This document shows, piece after piece, positions 44,406 through 54,485 of a stretch of 64,000 nt of DNA. This stretch comes from an uncultured virus (IMG/VR IMGVR_UViG_3300028800_000080) (lineage: Duplodnaviria > Heunggongvirae > Uroviricota > Caudoviricetes), in IMG/VR virus record IMGVR_UViG_3300028800_000080, one strand, 5' to 3'. The translations under genes and the position numbers were made by a program. The notes beneath the pieces are model-generated. The model saw only the letters and a program-made list of their open reading frames with translations, did no database searches and was not told the origin of the DNA. How positions within the stretch are numbered: the first letter of the stretch is position 1; each line of letters opens with the position of its first letter.

Positions 44406-45803
44406 GTGGCTTTCGAGAATTTCCCCACCGTATTTCAAGATATTTTCCAGCAAAACATGCTGGCTCGGCGCTTCGAGGACCAACTTAAGGCGCTCTGTGC
44501 GTATCGTAAGACTGCCTTCCGCTTGCCGGTCCCTATCCGCAGCGGTGAAAGCATCACCTATTCGCGTGCTGGTCGTATCAGCCCGGTCCTCAGTGACCTC
44601 ACTCCTTCCCTTAATACGGGTCTGGACAACGGCGTCACCGGCATCGGCGGCGTAGGAGCGGCTAACCCCACCTACCCGTTCGAGCAGTGGTCCGTGTTCA
44701 TCGGCATGCGTCCGTACTTCTTGGACCTGAACCTCGTTCAGGCGAAGGAAGTCATCGCAGACATTTTCAAACAGAACCAGGACAACCTGGTTGAGAACGC
44801 AGCGTTGTCGCTTGACCTTCAGGCGATGAATGTGGCGTTCGATGCCTACCTGGGCGGGTCTACGTACATCAAGTCCGGTTCGGGCACGTCGTACATTGTG
44901 GACAATGCGAAGGGCCTTGATACGGCGTTCGCAACCACGACCATCGGCGGAAACACTTTCCCCACGGGCGCACCGGCTCCGGTTAGCGTAAGCAACCCGC
45001 TGTCGGTCGTAATCACGCATGACGACGGCACGACCGAAGTCAACACGATTACGGGCGTCACCCCCGAAGGTACGAACCACGCGGTGGAAAACTACGCAGG
45101 CTCGGGCGCATACTCTGCGACCTTGACTCTGGGTACCACGGCGACCCTCACGGCGGGTTGGACCATCAAGGCGGCAGACGGCCCGGCCATCTACCGTCCG
45201 AACGGTAAGCCCAACGTGTCCAAACTCACGGCAACGGACACCATCGGTGCCCAGCTCATCATCAACGCGGTGGCTGAGCTTCGCGCAAACGGTGTGAAGT
45301 CGCCTCTGGCGGATAACACCTATCCGTGCTACATTGACCCGATTGTGGATGCGCAGTTCTTCACGGACCCGCAGTACCAAATCATGAGTCAGGGCACGGT
45401 GGACTCCCCGGAGTTCAAGGGTGCGCGAGTCAATAAAAACTTCGGTGTGACGTTCGTGCCGACCACGAACAGCCCGGCCTTCACGGCTAGTGCCGGCGTC
45501 GTAGCACGCCACGCTATCGTGACGGGCGAGAAGTACCTCCAGATGTCCCCGTTCGCGGGTACTGAAGAGGCTATCCGTTCGATGCCTGATATGGGCGTGC
45601 AGAAATTCGACATCGTTGACGACATCGTGTTCGTCCAGCGTATGCCGCTTGACCGTGCGGGCCAGATTCTTTCGAGCGGTTGGTACTGGATTGGCGGGTA
45701 CGCGGCTCCGACCGATGCCACCATCACCAGTGCGGTCCTTCCGTCTGCGAGCGCTGCGCGTAACAAGCGTGCGGTCGTGGTCCAGGTCGCTTCTGCCCGA
45801 TAA
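44406..45803 (+). CDS. Major capsid protein
   Basis: 465 aa after protease/scaffold, AGGAG RBS, strong codon bias, followed by a terminator. Confidence 0.8.
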   Translation: MAFENFPTVFQDIFQQNMLARRFEDQLKALCAYRKTAFRLPVPIRSGESITYSRAGRISPVLSDLTPSLNTGLDNGVTGIGGVGAANPTYPFEQWSVFIGMRPYFLDLNLVQAKEVIADIFKQNQDNLVENAALSLDLQAMNVAFDAYLGGSTYIKSGSGTSYIVDNAKGLDTAFATTTIGGNTFPTGAPAPVSVSNPLSVVITHDDGTTEVNTITGVTPEGTNHAVENYAGSGAYSATLTLGTTATLTAGWTIKAADGPAIYRPNGKPNVSKLTATDTIGAQLIINAVAELRANGVKSPLADNTYPCYIDPIVDAQFFTDPQYQIMSQGTVDSPEFKGARVNKNFGVTFVPTTNSPAFTASAGVVARHAIVTGEKYLQMSPFAGTEEAIRSMPDMGVQKFDIVDDIVFVQRMPLDRAGQILSSGWYWIGGYAAPTDATITSAVLPSASAARNKRAVVVQVASAR

Positions 45804-45831
45804 AGGCACGTTCTCAGGAACATTCACAATG

Positions 45832-45862
45832 GGCTGGCTGAAAGGCCAGCCTCTTGTATTTT
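45832..45862 (+). terminator. Intrinsic terminator after the MCP
   Basis: GGCTGGCT-GAAA-GGCCAGCC followed by TCTTGTATTTT. Confidence 0.7.
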
Positions 45863-45903
45863 AAGAGGCCAAACAACAGCATACCGCGAAAGTAGATAAC
45901 GTT

Positions 45904-46152
45904 ATGGCTACCAATATCCCTCTGCCGGGTTCCCCGGCTCTTCACCCGACTTACGAAGCGGCATCCCTACCCGGGACTGGTGCCGGCGACTTTGCTGGCT
46001 CGCTGCTGTCTGCGACTAATCAGCTGACGCCCAATCGCACGTTCAGCTACGCTATGCCTGGTGGAGGCAGTAAGACGTTTTACTACGGCATGAAGACCAC
46101 GGTGTCTACTGCGGTCTACAACGCCATTACCGGGTTGGGATGGGCTAGCTAA
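45904..46152 (+). CDS. Small virion protein
   Basis: Position in head module. Confidence 0.55.
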   Translation: MATNIPLPGSPALHPTYEAASLPGTGAGDFAGSLLSATNQLTPNRTFSYAMPGGGSKTFYYGMKTTVSTAVYNAITGLGWAS

Positions 46153-46436
46153 TGCCCAAAGGCGTTCCGAATCCGAAACCCGTCGCTCCGGTGGATGCGG
46201 CGGCTATGCAGGCGTCCCAGAAACTACTGCATGATTTTGCAGGCGCGGGAAAGACGGACCTGCCATTGCCGGAGAGCAAGGTTAAGGACCCCACCAAATT
46301 CCAATGTCCTCGTGACATACAGATATCTACGGCGATGAGCGGCGCTCTGCTGATTCGCAGGGGTCAGATTGTGGATTCCCCCCTGCTTCTCAAGGCGCTC
46401 AGGGACGCTAAAGTAGAGCTGATTCCGGTCGGCTAA
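46152..46436 (+). CDS. Hypothetical protein
   Basis: TAATG coupling. Confidence 0.55.
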   Translation: MPKGVPNPKPVAPVDAAAMQASQKLLHDFAGAGKTDLPLPESKVKDPTKFQCPRDIQISTAMSGALLIRRGQIVDSPLLLKALRDAKVELIPVG

Positions 46437-46437
46437 T

Positions 46438-47232
46438 ATGGCTTCACTAGACCTGCAGACTAAAGCGCGCATACGGCGCCAACTAGGTGTCCCCTTTGCG
46501 GGTAGGGCGGATGCAAACACTACCATGGGTTTGCGTACTGTTCTTAAGGCGGGTCAGCTGGAGTTCTATATGAACAACCTCCAGATGCCTGAGGTGTCGC
46601 TGCTGCTTGGACGGCCCTACGGCGCTTTCATCATCTACGCTCCTACGGCGCTAGACCGCGTGTACAGTTTCACCGTAGACTCCACGACAGTGACCTACAC
46701 AGTCCAGCCCTCAGATATGGCGGCTCGTGACCCGTTGCTGAGCGTGGCGACGGGTATATTGGCGGCTATCCAGGCGGCGCTGCCTACGTATCTAGCCGAC
46801 TCTGCGCAGATTGCGGTGATAGGCTCTTACCCCCAACTTTCCACTGCAATACAGTTCGAGTTGCTAACCCCCACCGCGACCCCATTTGCACTGACTGCGG
46901 TGTCGAATGTGGTAGTAATTCAGTCGGGCGACTACCCTGCTTCCCCACAGTTTCTTGTTGACGACGGAAACGGCGACCCGACTAAGCAGGTCATAGCTTA
47001 CGGGCTACTGCCTATATGTGAGGCACTCGAACAGCAACTACTCAACTCTAGCTCAAATCTGTCTCTCAGCGAAGTGGGCTCACGCACACTTGGTGCGGCG
47101 GTGTTCCGTCCCGATGAGCTGCGAGTACGCAACTCGCTACTGCGTCGCTATCGTTTTGAACTGGGCGTGGCGCTATCGTTCTTCGCTCCCAACCCTAGTA
47201 GCGGAATTCCCAGCTTCGGTCTGCCCCAGTAG
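46438..47232 (+). CDS. Head-tail adaptor (putative)
   Basis: L..QTKARIRRQLG N-terminus and position. Confidence 0.55.
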   Translation: MASLDLQTKARIRRQLGVPFAGRADANTTMGLRTVLKAGQLEFYMNNLQMPEVSLLLGRPYGAFIIYAPTALDRVYSFTVDSTTVTYTVQPSDMAARDPLLSVATGILAAIQAALPTYLADSAQIAVIGSYPQLSTAIQFELLTPTATPFALTAVSNVVVIQSGDYPASPQFLVDDGNGDPTKQVIAYGLLPICEALEQQLLNSSSNLSLSEVGSRTLGAAVFRPDELRVRNSLLRRYRFELGVALSFFAPNPSSGIPSFGLPQ

Positions 47233-47238
47233 GCTACC

Positions 47239-48015
47239 GTGTCGCTTTACACTAACGACAAGGCTCTGCGACAAGGTCTAGGCAAAATTAAGCCTATTGC
47301 CTCCACGTATAGCGTGTACCGTATCGGCGGCGCTTCAGGCGTGCCTAACGATGCCTCCAGCATCATCAACGAGCAGAACCTGGTGACGGCCTACTTCCCT
47401 GGTCGCTTCAATCGTATCACGAACAAAAGCGTGCTGGAGCAAGAGGACATCTACAAGATGTGCTATATAGGCGAGGCGGACATTCGCTCGCTGAAGATAG
47501 GCGATATCCTCATTGAAACAGCGCCACATACGACGGACGCCCCGGACGGACGTGCCTTCGCCTTCGTAGATTGCCAGCCTCTGATGCCCGCAGTGTTCGC
47601 TCGTACTGAGATTATGGGGTCGGTGTCGCGACCTAATTCTGACGAGGCTGAAGAGCCTATGCTAGGGACCGTACCCTACCAAGGTACGACAAAGGGCAGT
47701 GAAGAGTATCTAGTGCTAGGCGCGACTCCTGAGACGTGGGGCTACTACAGTTTCGAGTCTACCGGCATCATGGCCACGATTCCATTCGGGCTACAACCTT
47801 ACAGCCGATTGGGCACAGCTCAGGAATACCATTACCCGACAGCGACAAAACGTGGTATTCACTACGCCTACCTGCCGTTGCTACCTGGGGTGTTGCTCCA
47901 GCCCGGTGACGTGTTGAATGCGCAGAACGGTGACCGCTTCCGTATTGAGAACCTTTCCGTATTTACGACGGGCACGCAGGGGTATCTTGCTATATGCGAA
48001 TCGCTGTTCATCTAA
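47239..48015 (+). CDS. Head closure/neck protein (putative)
   Basis: Position; C-terminal GD.L....GDRF.I beta motif. Confidence 0.5.
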   Translation: MSLYTNDKALRQGLGKIKPIASTYSVYRIGGASGVPNDASSIINEQNLVTAYFPGRFNRITNKSVLEQEDIYKMCYIGEADIRSLKIGDILIETAPHTTDAPDGRAFAFVDCQPLMPAVFARTEIMGSVSRPNSDEAEEPMLGTVPYQGTTKGSEEYLVLGATPETWGYYSFESTGIMATIPFGLQPYSRLGTAQEYHYPTATKRGIHYAYLPLLPGVLLQPGDVLNAQNGDRFRIENLSVFTTGTQGYLAICESLFI

Positions 48016-48329
48016 CGGATGAGGAATATGATACGCGGAGAGATGAGCTTCACAAGATTCAGCGGGACGCCGTGCTCGAAGCCGAGGCCCAGTATCAAGC
48101 AGACCTTCTCACCGACCCCGAAGGATGGGAACGTGTCGCCGGTCTCAACGGACCTGCTCGCGGGGGCGAACCCGGCAACGTAGGGGACCGCCTAATATCT
48201 TACATGTTTAAGTGGCGCGACGTAGACGCACTTAATCGCCTGAATCGTAGTCTAGCTACGATTGCACAGAGGATTTCAAAGTTAGCAACGGAGTTGGATG
48301 ATGAGTATTACAGCAGTCGTGGCGGATGA
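47994..48329 (+). CDS. Hypothetical protein
   Basis: ORF tiling. Confidence 0.5.
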   Translation: MRIAVHLTDEEYDTRRDELHKIQRDAVLEAEAQYQADLLTDPEGWERVAGLNGPARGGEPGNVGDRLISYMFKWRDVDALNRLNRSLATIAQRISKLATELDDEYYSSRGG

Positions 48330-48669
48330 TTCCGACCCCGAGTTACAGCAAATCATACCCATCCTTAAACGGATAGGCGTGACGGTGCTAGCCTCATTTC
48401 GTGACGGACTCTCCGCTTGGAAGTATATCCAGAGCCTGGAGACACCGCCTGATTTGCTCGTGACTGATTATGTGATGCCTCACATGTCAGGCGCGGAATT
48501 AGCTACCCACGTCAAGAATGCAAGATTAGCGACTAGAGTTCTCATGTGGTCCTCAGCGGGGCAGAAGGGTGCGGCTTATGGCGACCCTGACTCCATCCAT
48601 TGCGTGAGGATTAAGCCCTATTTACGACGTGAGACAGAGTCAGCCTTGAGGGAGCTAGGATTCAAGTAG
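48298..48669 (+). CDS. Stand-alone response-regulator receiver (CheY-like) domain
   Basis: VVADD, PDLLVTDYVMPHMSG, WSS and IKPY. Confidence 0.85.
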   Translation: MMSITAVVADDSDPELQQIIPILKRIGVTVLASFRDGLSAWKYIQSLETPPDLLVTDYVMPHMSGAELATHVKNARLATRVLMWSSAGQKGAAYGDPDSIHCVRIKPYLRRETESALRELGFK

Positions 48670-49359
48670 ATGGCATTTCTGGATGATGTAATGGACCAGT
48701 TGGCGGTGAGCGTGGGAGCATTCCTTGCGCCGTTTCAACCTAACCTTCCTCCAGACTATCCGAATGCGCAGCCTTCTGCAGGCTACATACCGCCTACTAT
48801 CATTGGCGCGGGCCACCCTATCCAGGTGAAAGTGTTGCACCGTCTAGAGAATCACATGGCACAAGTAAGCATCTACCCTTACACGACCGAGAAGGTCATG
48901 CCGTACTACGATTCGCAGAAGCTTATAACTCTGCCGAACGGTTTGGAAACCTTCCAGACGGGACGTTCGGAGAAGGCAATGATTATTGAGGTGTGGTCCT
49001 ACGACCGCCCCACCCGGGCAGCTATCTCTAACGTGATTAGAGGCTATCTCGGTGATTTTTATCGTCAGACGGAGTTGGACACCACCACCACCACGCTGCG
49101 TTTCGCTCACGCTGAGCCGTTTGATAACGAGCAGAGCGATTCGGTCTATGTTCAAAAGATGTTTTACGTTGCTGACTTCGATGTGCTTCAGATACCTGTG
49201 GGTCAGATTTCCTACCTGGTTGAAGAGGTAGACGTTAGCATGACGGTGAATAATCAAGTATTAGGCGTTGTGGTACGCAATCGGGGCAGCAACCCGCCTG
49301 CAGAGAACCCCATCATCTTAGACACTACAGAGCTAGACAGCGGAGCGACCTGGAACTAA
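48670..49359 (+). CDS. Tail terminator/neck protein (putative)
   Basis: Position before the sheath; IEVWSYD..TR motif. Confidence 0.5.
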   Translation: MAFLDDVMDQLAVSVGAFLAPFQPNLPPDYPNAQPSAGYIPPTIIGAGHPIQVKVLHRLENHMAQVSIYPYTTEKVMPYYDSQKLITLPNGLETFQTGRSEKAMIIEVWSYDRPTRAAISNVIRGYLGDFYRQTELDTTTTTLRFAHAEPFDNEQSDSVYVQKMFYVADFDVLQIPVGQISYLVEEVDVSMTVNNQVLGVVVRNRGSNPPAENPIILDTTELDSGATWN

Positions 49360-50873
49360 TGTCAGTACCACATGAGTTTGTGACCGGCGAAGTAGCCCAC
49401 GCAGCGGACCTCAACGAGGATTTTGACGCAGCTGTTGCAGCGCAGAACGCTGTAGGAGCCACGGCTGATCTGTCGGGTATTTCTATTTTTCTAGGCACTA
49501 AGTACGGCATGTCCGGTGCCAGTGGGGCATCATCTAACACGGACGGATTCAACGCGGCTGCTACAGCGGCTGTCGCGGGCGGACGGATTCTCATACCGCT
49601 AGCAACGTATCAAATCAACCCCCTCAATGAGCTGGTTGACGGCGTAGATATTGAATCGCCTAGCCGGTTGACTGAGTTGGTAGTGAACGCGAACGGTAAC
49701 TTGTTCTTTGTCGCGGGCGACGGCGGTAACGGTATGGGTATCGGTATCCGCAATCTCACTATTAAGTACATGGGCGGCGTGAGCGGTTATCCGCTGTATG
49801 CCACTAATTGCCAGAACATGGTGGGTGAGCGCCTATTCTTTAACAGCTGCGCAGCTGCCTTCTTTGACGACCATGCCCTGCAGTGTGGGGTCAAAGATAG
49901 TACGTTGGATGCGTTCAACGTCAACAATCTCATTTGGAACGTCTTATCAGGGTCGCAGTGTTTCCTACGCAACAACGTAATGCGTTGTGCTGGCGGCTCG
50001 AACAACAATAACAAGGCAGCGCAGATACAATCGGTGTCTACGCTGTACATAGAGGACAATCATTTCTCGCACATGGACTACGGGTTTGAATTCCTTAAGA
50101 GTTGGAATGACGTATTCATCTCGCGTAACCACATGAATCCTCGCAAGTGGTCCGTGATGTTCAACCCGCCTACAGGGGCGGCTAATCAGAACGCTATCTT
50201 CACAGATAACATCCACGTCCTGAGTGCCAGCGCGGTGACGACGTTCCCTGGTGGAACGATTGGCACAGGAGCGTTCGCTAACTCCTCAACTGACGGTGTG
50301 AGCCTCAACAATGAGACCTATATCAACTGGACGCGGGACGGATTGCTTATTGCAGGCTGCCACTTAGTCAAGGTCAACAAGGGTCGCTACTCGGCCAACG
50401 GACAGGGCGGGGGCGATTACGCAGGCATTCGTGTGACGGGGGGCGACGTTGTTGAGATTGAAGGCGCGAATTGCCGAGGCGACTATGAAGGCTTCTCTAC
50501 TCGCCAGCCCTGGGGCATGATAGTGGACCTAGGCTCAAACACCACTATTCTACGTGTAAAGAATGTAGACCTCACCAACAACGCGCTAGGCCCCCTTAAA
50601 GTAGTGGGCACGCCAACGACTATTTGGTTCAAGGATTGCCCCGGCCTCACGGACCAGCACAAGGTGCTTAATGGCGGCGTGATTCCTTTGACGGCGACCA
50701 CAGCAGCGTCATTGGGCTACTATGGAACGTCTTACATCTCGTTCTGGGGCGCGACAAGCTACACTCTGAACGGCGTGACTAAACTGATTACTCAAGGCAT
50801 TTTGAAACTGGACCCTTACGACCAGATTTCATTTGCCGGCTCGCCGTCTGGCGACTGGATTGGAAACGACTAA
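49359..50873 (+). CDS. Right-handed beta-helix (pectate lyase-like) spike/depolymerase
   Basis: F..G.V..AADLN..F N-terminus; YG..G...NTDGFNAA..A..GG.I.IP...Y start; Asn-rich ladder repeats. Confidence 0.7.
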   Translation: MSVPHEFVTGEVAHAADLNEDFDAAVAAQNAVGATADLSGISIFLGTKYGMSGASGASSNTDGFNAAATAAVAGGRILIPLATYQINPLNELVDGVDIESPSRLTELVVNANGNLFFVAGDGGNGMGIGIRNLTIKYMGGVSGYPLYATNCQNMVGERLFFNSCAAAFFDDHALQCGVKDSTLDAFNVNNLIWNVLSGSQCFLRNNVMRCAGGSNNNNKAAQIQSVSTLYIEDNHFSHMDYGFEFLKSWNDVFISRNHMNPRKWSVMFNPPTGAANQNAIFTDNIHVLSASAVTTFPGGTIGTGAFANSSTDGVSLNNETYINWTRDGLLIAGCHLVKVNKGRYSANGQGGGDYAGIRVTGGDVVEIEGANCRGDYEGFSTRQPWGMIVDLGSNTTILRVKNVDLTNNALGPLKVVGTPTTIWFKDCPGLTDQHKVLNGGVIPLTATTAASLGYYGTSYISFWGATSYTLNGVTKLITQGILKLDPYDQISFAGSPSGDWIGND

Positions 50874-51130
50874 TGGATTTAACAAAGGTTCGAGTGCCCG
50901 AAGGCCACGAAATTGTTGTGGACCGCCCATTCGATAAGCACGTTCGAGGCGACGTGCTTAAAGAGTGCGAGCGTTGGCGTTTAGACCAAAACTTTGTAGG
51001 CTTCCGTCAAAAGGAGAACAAGGTAGTGTCTACCACAGACACGAAGAAAGAAGTAGTGCGTGATAAGATGCACGATAAGCCCACGACCGCATTAGGAGAA
51101 CAGGACAACAATGGCTCAAAGCTTCAGTAA
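50873..51130 (+). CDS. Hypothetical protein
   Basis: Coupled small ORF before the sheath. Confidence 0.5.
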   Translation: MDLTKVRVPEGHEIVVDRPFDKHVRGDVLKECERWRLDQNFVGFRQKENKVVSTTDTKKEVVRDKMHDKPTTALGEQDNNGSKLQ

Positions 51131-52673
51131 TGGTTTAGGCATTGATGATGTTTATTTGAACGTCAATCTGCCGCAAGCCATTCTAATGAACGGTGCGACC
51201 CTGTTCAACGCGCTTATTTCAGGCGCGGCTTCTTGGGGTCCGTTTAACACGGCGCTTGTCTCCGCTTCTCCGCAGCAACTGGTTCGTAATTTTGGACCGC
51301 CTATTAACAGCGGCAAGGATATCGTTCAAGACGGTGTCCTGTACATGGCGCAGCGTGCGCAAGGTGGCGTTATCGGCGTTCGCGTAGGCGACGGCACTCA
51401 GACCAAGGCAGGCGGGTTCCTTGTGGACACCGCTGCAGCTCACGGCCTGGTCGTGACGGCCTACTACCACGGTTCTTGGGGTAAGCAATTTTACTGTCGC
51501 GTGTCGAAGGGTTCTAACTGGACCTCGGGTGCGCCTACGGCCATGGTTTCTATCTTTACGGGTAAGAATCAGCGGGCTGAAGTCTACGACAATATTCTCA
51601 TGGACGTGACCACGGATGGTACCTACGGTGTTAAGAGCTGGCTCAACATCGCTACGGCGGTGAACGCTAAGAGCACGCTCGTCGTTATGTCTGCGCCTGG
51701 CACGCCTAGCGTGTTACAGCCTGACCTCACGAATCTTAAGGAGTCTCTTGCGGGCGGCTCTGACGGTATAACCTCCATCACTACGTCTATCCAGATGGGT
51801 ACGGATGGTGGAGCGGGTTCGCGTACGGGCCTCTATGCGGGACGTCAATCGGGTTTCGATATGTGTTGGCTTGCGGGTAGCACGGACACTACGGCATGGG
51901 CCGCAGGCGATGTGTTTGCTCAAAGCGAAGGCGGCGCATTCGTAGGCTGTATCACTGCAGGTGATACGGTGACCACGGCACTCAGTGACTTCTTAACGGC
52001 TGCAGTTGCAGACGCTAACTTTTTCTGTGGCTGGGGTAATATAACGTATCTCGACACGTGGTTGAACGCGCAGGTAACCCTGCCAGCAACCCCGGTCATC
52101 GCGGGCATTTGTGCTCGCATGAATCCGAGCGATTCGCCGGGTAACCAGCAAGCATTCGGTATTCTGAAGACTAATCTTACGGGCGCTCAGCAGCTGTCGT
52201 TCACGGATATGACGTCGTTGAAGAACAACGGCATTCTGTTTCTGAACAATCCCATCCCTTCGGGCGCGGTGATTGGTCTGCGGCACGGCAAGAACACTTC
52301 CACGAACACGGCTATCAACGAGATTACGTATACGCGTAAGCTCAACCAGATTCTCCGCGACTTGGGCGGCCCAGTCCTCGGACAGTGGGTCAACAAGAAG
52401 CAGACCACGCGGGACCCGGACCCAACTCGGTCGGGCGTCATGGCTTCTCTCACGGGCTACTTCAGCCCGCAGAAAGCATCGGACGACATCGATGACTTCT
52501 CGGTTCAATGCGACCTGGGCAACAACTCAGTGCCCAACATTCAAGCAGGCCGACTGACGGCTGATGTGGTCGTGGAGTTCATGTCGGTTGTGAACCAACT
52601 CATCATCAACATCACGGCGGGTCAGACGGTTACGATTCAGAACGCTACTCAAGCAGGACAAGTAGGGAGCTAA
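51111..52673 (+). CDS. Contractile tail sheath protein
   Basis: ASWGPFN, LAGGSDG, SPGN and C-terminal CDLGNN..IQAGRL.ADV. Confidence 0.88.
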   Translation: MAQSFSNGLGIDDVYLNVNLPQAILMNGATLFNALISGAASWGPFNTALVSASPQQLVRNFGPPINSGKDIVQDGVLYMAQRAQGGVIGVRVGDGTQTKAGGFLVDTAAAHGLVVTAYYHGSWGKQFYCRVSKGSNWTSGAPTAMVSIFTGKNQRAEVYDNILMDVTTDGTYGVKSWLNIATAVNAKSTLVVMSAPGTPSVLQPDLTNLKESLAGGSDGITSITTSIQMGTDGGAGSRTGLYAGRQSGFDMCWLAGSTDTTAWAAGDVFAQSEGGAFVGCITAGDTVTTALSDFLTAAVADANFFCGWGNITYLDTWLNAQVTLPATPVIAGICARMNPSDSPGNQQAFGILKTNLTGAQQLSFTDMTSLKNNGILFLNNPIPSGAVIGLRHGKNTSTNTAINEITYTRKLNQILRDLGGPVLGQWVNKKQTTRDPDPTRSGVMASLTGYFSPQKASDDIDDFSVQCDLGNNSVPNIQAGRLTADVVVEFMSVVNQLIINITAGQTVTIQNATQAGQVGS

Positions 52674-52680
52674 CAGGTAA

Positions 52681-53160
52681 GTGGCAAAGTTTAACATTGG
52701 CCGAGATTTAACGCTGACCATCAGCGTGAACGGTAGCGTTGTAAATGAGTTAGGTCTGTTGACCGAAACGAGTTTCAAGGCTGACTGGAGCATGAAGAAA
52801 GTGACGCCCACTAACAAGGGCGGCATTACAGTAGCTCGTTCCATCTTCGGTGGCTACGACGTTGAGTGTCATATCACTCGGCAGGACAGCACGGCAGATG
52901 ACTTCTTCAGCATGCTCGAAGCTAACTGGATTGCCGGCGGACAAGACCCGGATGTCACGCTCCTTGAAACGGTGCGTAACCCGGACGGTTCGGTTGACCA
53001 GTACAACTACATCGATGGCACGATTGCTCCTGAGGGCGACGGCATCTACAAAGGTCTGGACGAGTCAACGATGTCTGTCAAATTCTTCTTCCCGCAGCGT
53101 CAAGCGCTCACCCAGAACAGTCAAGTGTTCGTGGGCGGGGGCAACGGTGGTCTACTCTAA
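52681..53160 (+). CDS. Tail tube protein
   Basis: 159 aa after the sheath; FNIGRD..ETVRNPDGS..QY.Y. Confidence 0.75.
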   Translation: MAKFNIGRDLTLTISVNGSVVNELGLLTETSFKADWSMKKVTPTNKGGITVARSIFGGYDVECHITRQDSTADDFFSMLEANWIAGGQDPDVTLLETVRNPDGSVDQYNYIDGTIAPEGDGIYKGLDESTMSVKFFFPQRQALTQNSQVFVGGGNGGLL

Positions 53161-53189
53161 AGTTTACTAAGGCCACCCGAACACGAGAG

Positions 53190-53222
53190 GACAGCGTTCG
53201 ATAACACGCTGTCTTTTTGTTT
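53190..53222 (+). terminator. Intrinsic terminator
   Basis: GACAGCGT..ACGCTGTC followed by TTTTTGTTT. Confidence 0.75.
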
Positions 53223-53261
53223 TACCCAGGACTTACGCGCTAAACGTCGAATAGTTGTAGA

Positions 53262-53741
53262 ATGGCAAATGCTAGAGTTACGCCGCCAGGCGACAAGCCT
53301 GCGGCACCTGTCGCGACGGACGTGACGGATGAAACCTTCAATTATACGTTACCGGACGGCTCGCTAGTCGTCTGCGGTAAACCGCGAGGCGTTCTCAAGC
53401 TTCGCTTGCGCAACATCACCACCGAGATTCAACGCAAGGACCCCGAGTTAGCAGCTATCGCTACGGCGTTCATGTGTATCCGCACCATCAACGGCAAACC
53501 CCCGGTCCTCACGACCGAGCGTGAGTTTGAAGCGTTGGTGAACCGCTTTGGTTCAGACGAGGCTGTGGATGAGTTCATGCAACTCTACCAGAACCTCATC
53601 AACCCCGAGGCGGCGGCTATTCTCAAAAAGGCCCTGGAGCTGGCTGTTGAGAACAAGTGGGAAACGGAACAAATCCAGGACTACATCACCACCGAGGTGA
53701 TGAAGCTAGAGGTTGAGCGCCGCAACAAAGTCCGGGACTGA
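53262..53741 (+). CDS. Tail assembly chaperone
   Basis: Position between tube and tape measure. Confidence 0.6.
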   Translation: MANARVTPPGDKPAAPVATDVTDETFNYTLPDGSLVVCGKPRGVLKLRLRNITTEIQRKDPELAAIATAFMCIRTINGKPPVLTTEREFEALVNRFGSDEAVDEFMQLYQNLINPEAAAILKKALELAVENKWETEQIQDYITTEVMKLEVERRNKVRD

Positions 53742-53764
53742 CCGAGGACCCAGCCTTTCGCGGC

Positions 53765-53968
53765 ATGGCCGCAATAGCCCAGCCTACTTGGGCTGAGGTC
53801 CAGTTTCTGGATTCCCTGGTGTTGGAGGCTATTAACATAGTCAAGGGCGAGATGAACGGCGATAAATTCCTTTGGGAGAAGGAGTACCGCGACCCTAAGA
53901 CGGGCATCACTATGATAGGCGTCTGGAAAAGCGTGTTAGATGAGGAGAAGGAGTCCCAGGCAAGATAG
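53765..53968 (+). CDS. Chaperone extension ORF (-1 frame relative to upstream gene)
   Basis: Frame open from 53717, overlapping the end of the chaperone. Confidence 0.5.
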   Translation: MAAIAQPTWAEVQFLDSLVLEAINIVKGEMNGDKFLWEKEYRDPKTGITMIGVWKSVLDEEKESQAR

Positions 53969-53991
53969 CTACCAACGGCGAAAGCATTTGA

Positions 53992-54480
53992 GTGGAGTTT
54001 CGCGGGCTGAACGAGTTGATTGCACACACCGTGAAGGTGGCGGCTTTGTGCGATGAAGCGGTTCACGAGGGGTTGGAGGGGGTAACGAGCAAGCTACTGA
54101 GTGATACTCGTGCTACGTTCGGCCACTACCAGGAAGGCGCGGGTCCGTTCGGCGCTTGGCCCGAGTTAGCGGAACGCACTAAAGCCGACCGTGTCGCGTT
54201 AGGCTTCTCTGAGAATGACCCGTTAATGCGCAGCGGTGAGTTGCGCGACAGTTATTACAAACTAGTTCAAGGTATGGAAGGCGGCGTAGGTTCCGATTTG
54301 GGCAAGGCGCTAGGCATGGAGATAGGTGACCCTATCAAGAATATCCCTGCGCGTTCCACCATCGGATTGACGTTCGCACGCACGGAGAAACGGTTGTTTG
54401 AGGAGTTGGGCTTACCCGTTGATGCTCTGCTCATACAAGGCGCTGTCCGTAAAATGTTTTCCTCTATAAATAGGCGGTAA
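53992..54480 (+). CDS. Virion morphogenesis (HK97 gp10-like) protein
   Basis: W.ELA..T...R...G....PL.RSGELRDS ... E.G....IPARS. Confidence 0.65.
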   Translation: MEFRGLNELIAHTVKVAALCDEAVHEGLEGVTSKLLSDTRATFGHYQEGAGPFGAWPELAERTKADRVALGFSENDPLMRSGELRDSYYKLVQGMEGGVGSDLGKALGMEIGDPIKNIPARSTIGLTFARTEKRLFEELGLPVDALLIQGAVRKMFSSINRR

Positions 54481-54485
54481 GTCCG

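Noticed and set aside
44376..45827. 483-aa minus-strand ORF
   Set aside because: Antisense shadow of the codon-biased major capsid gene.
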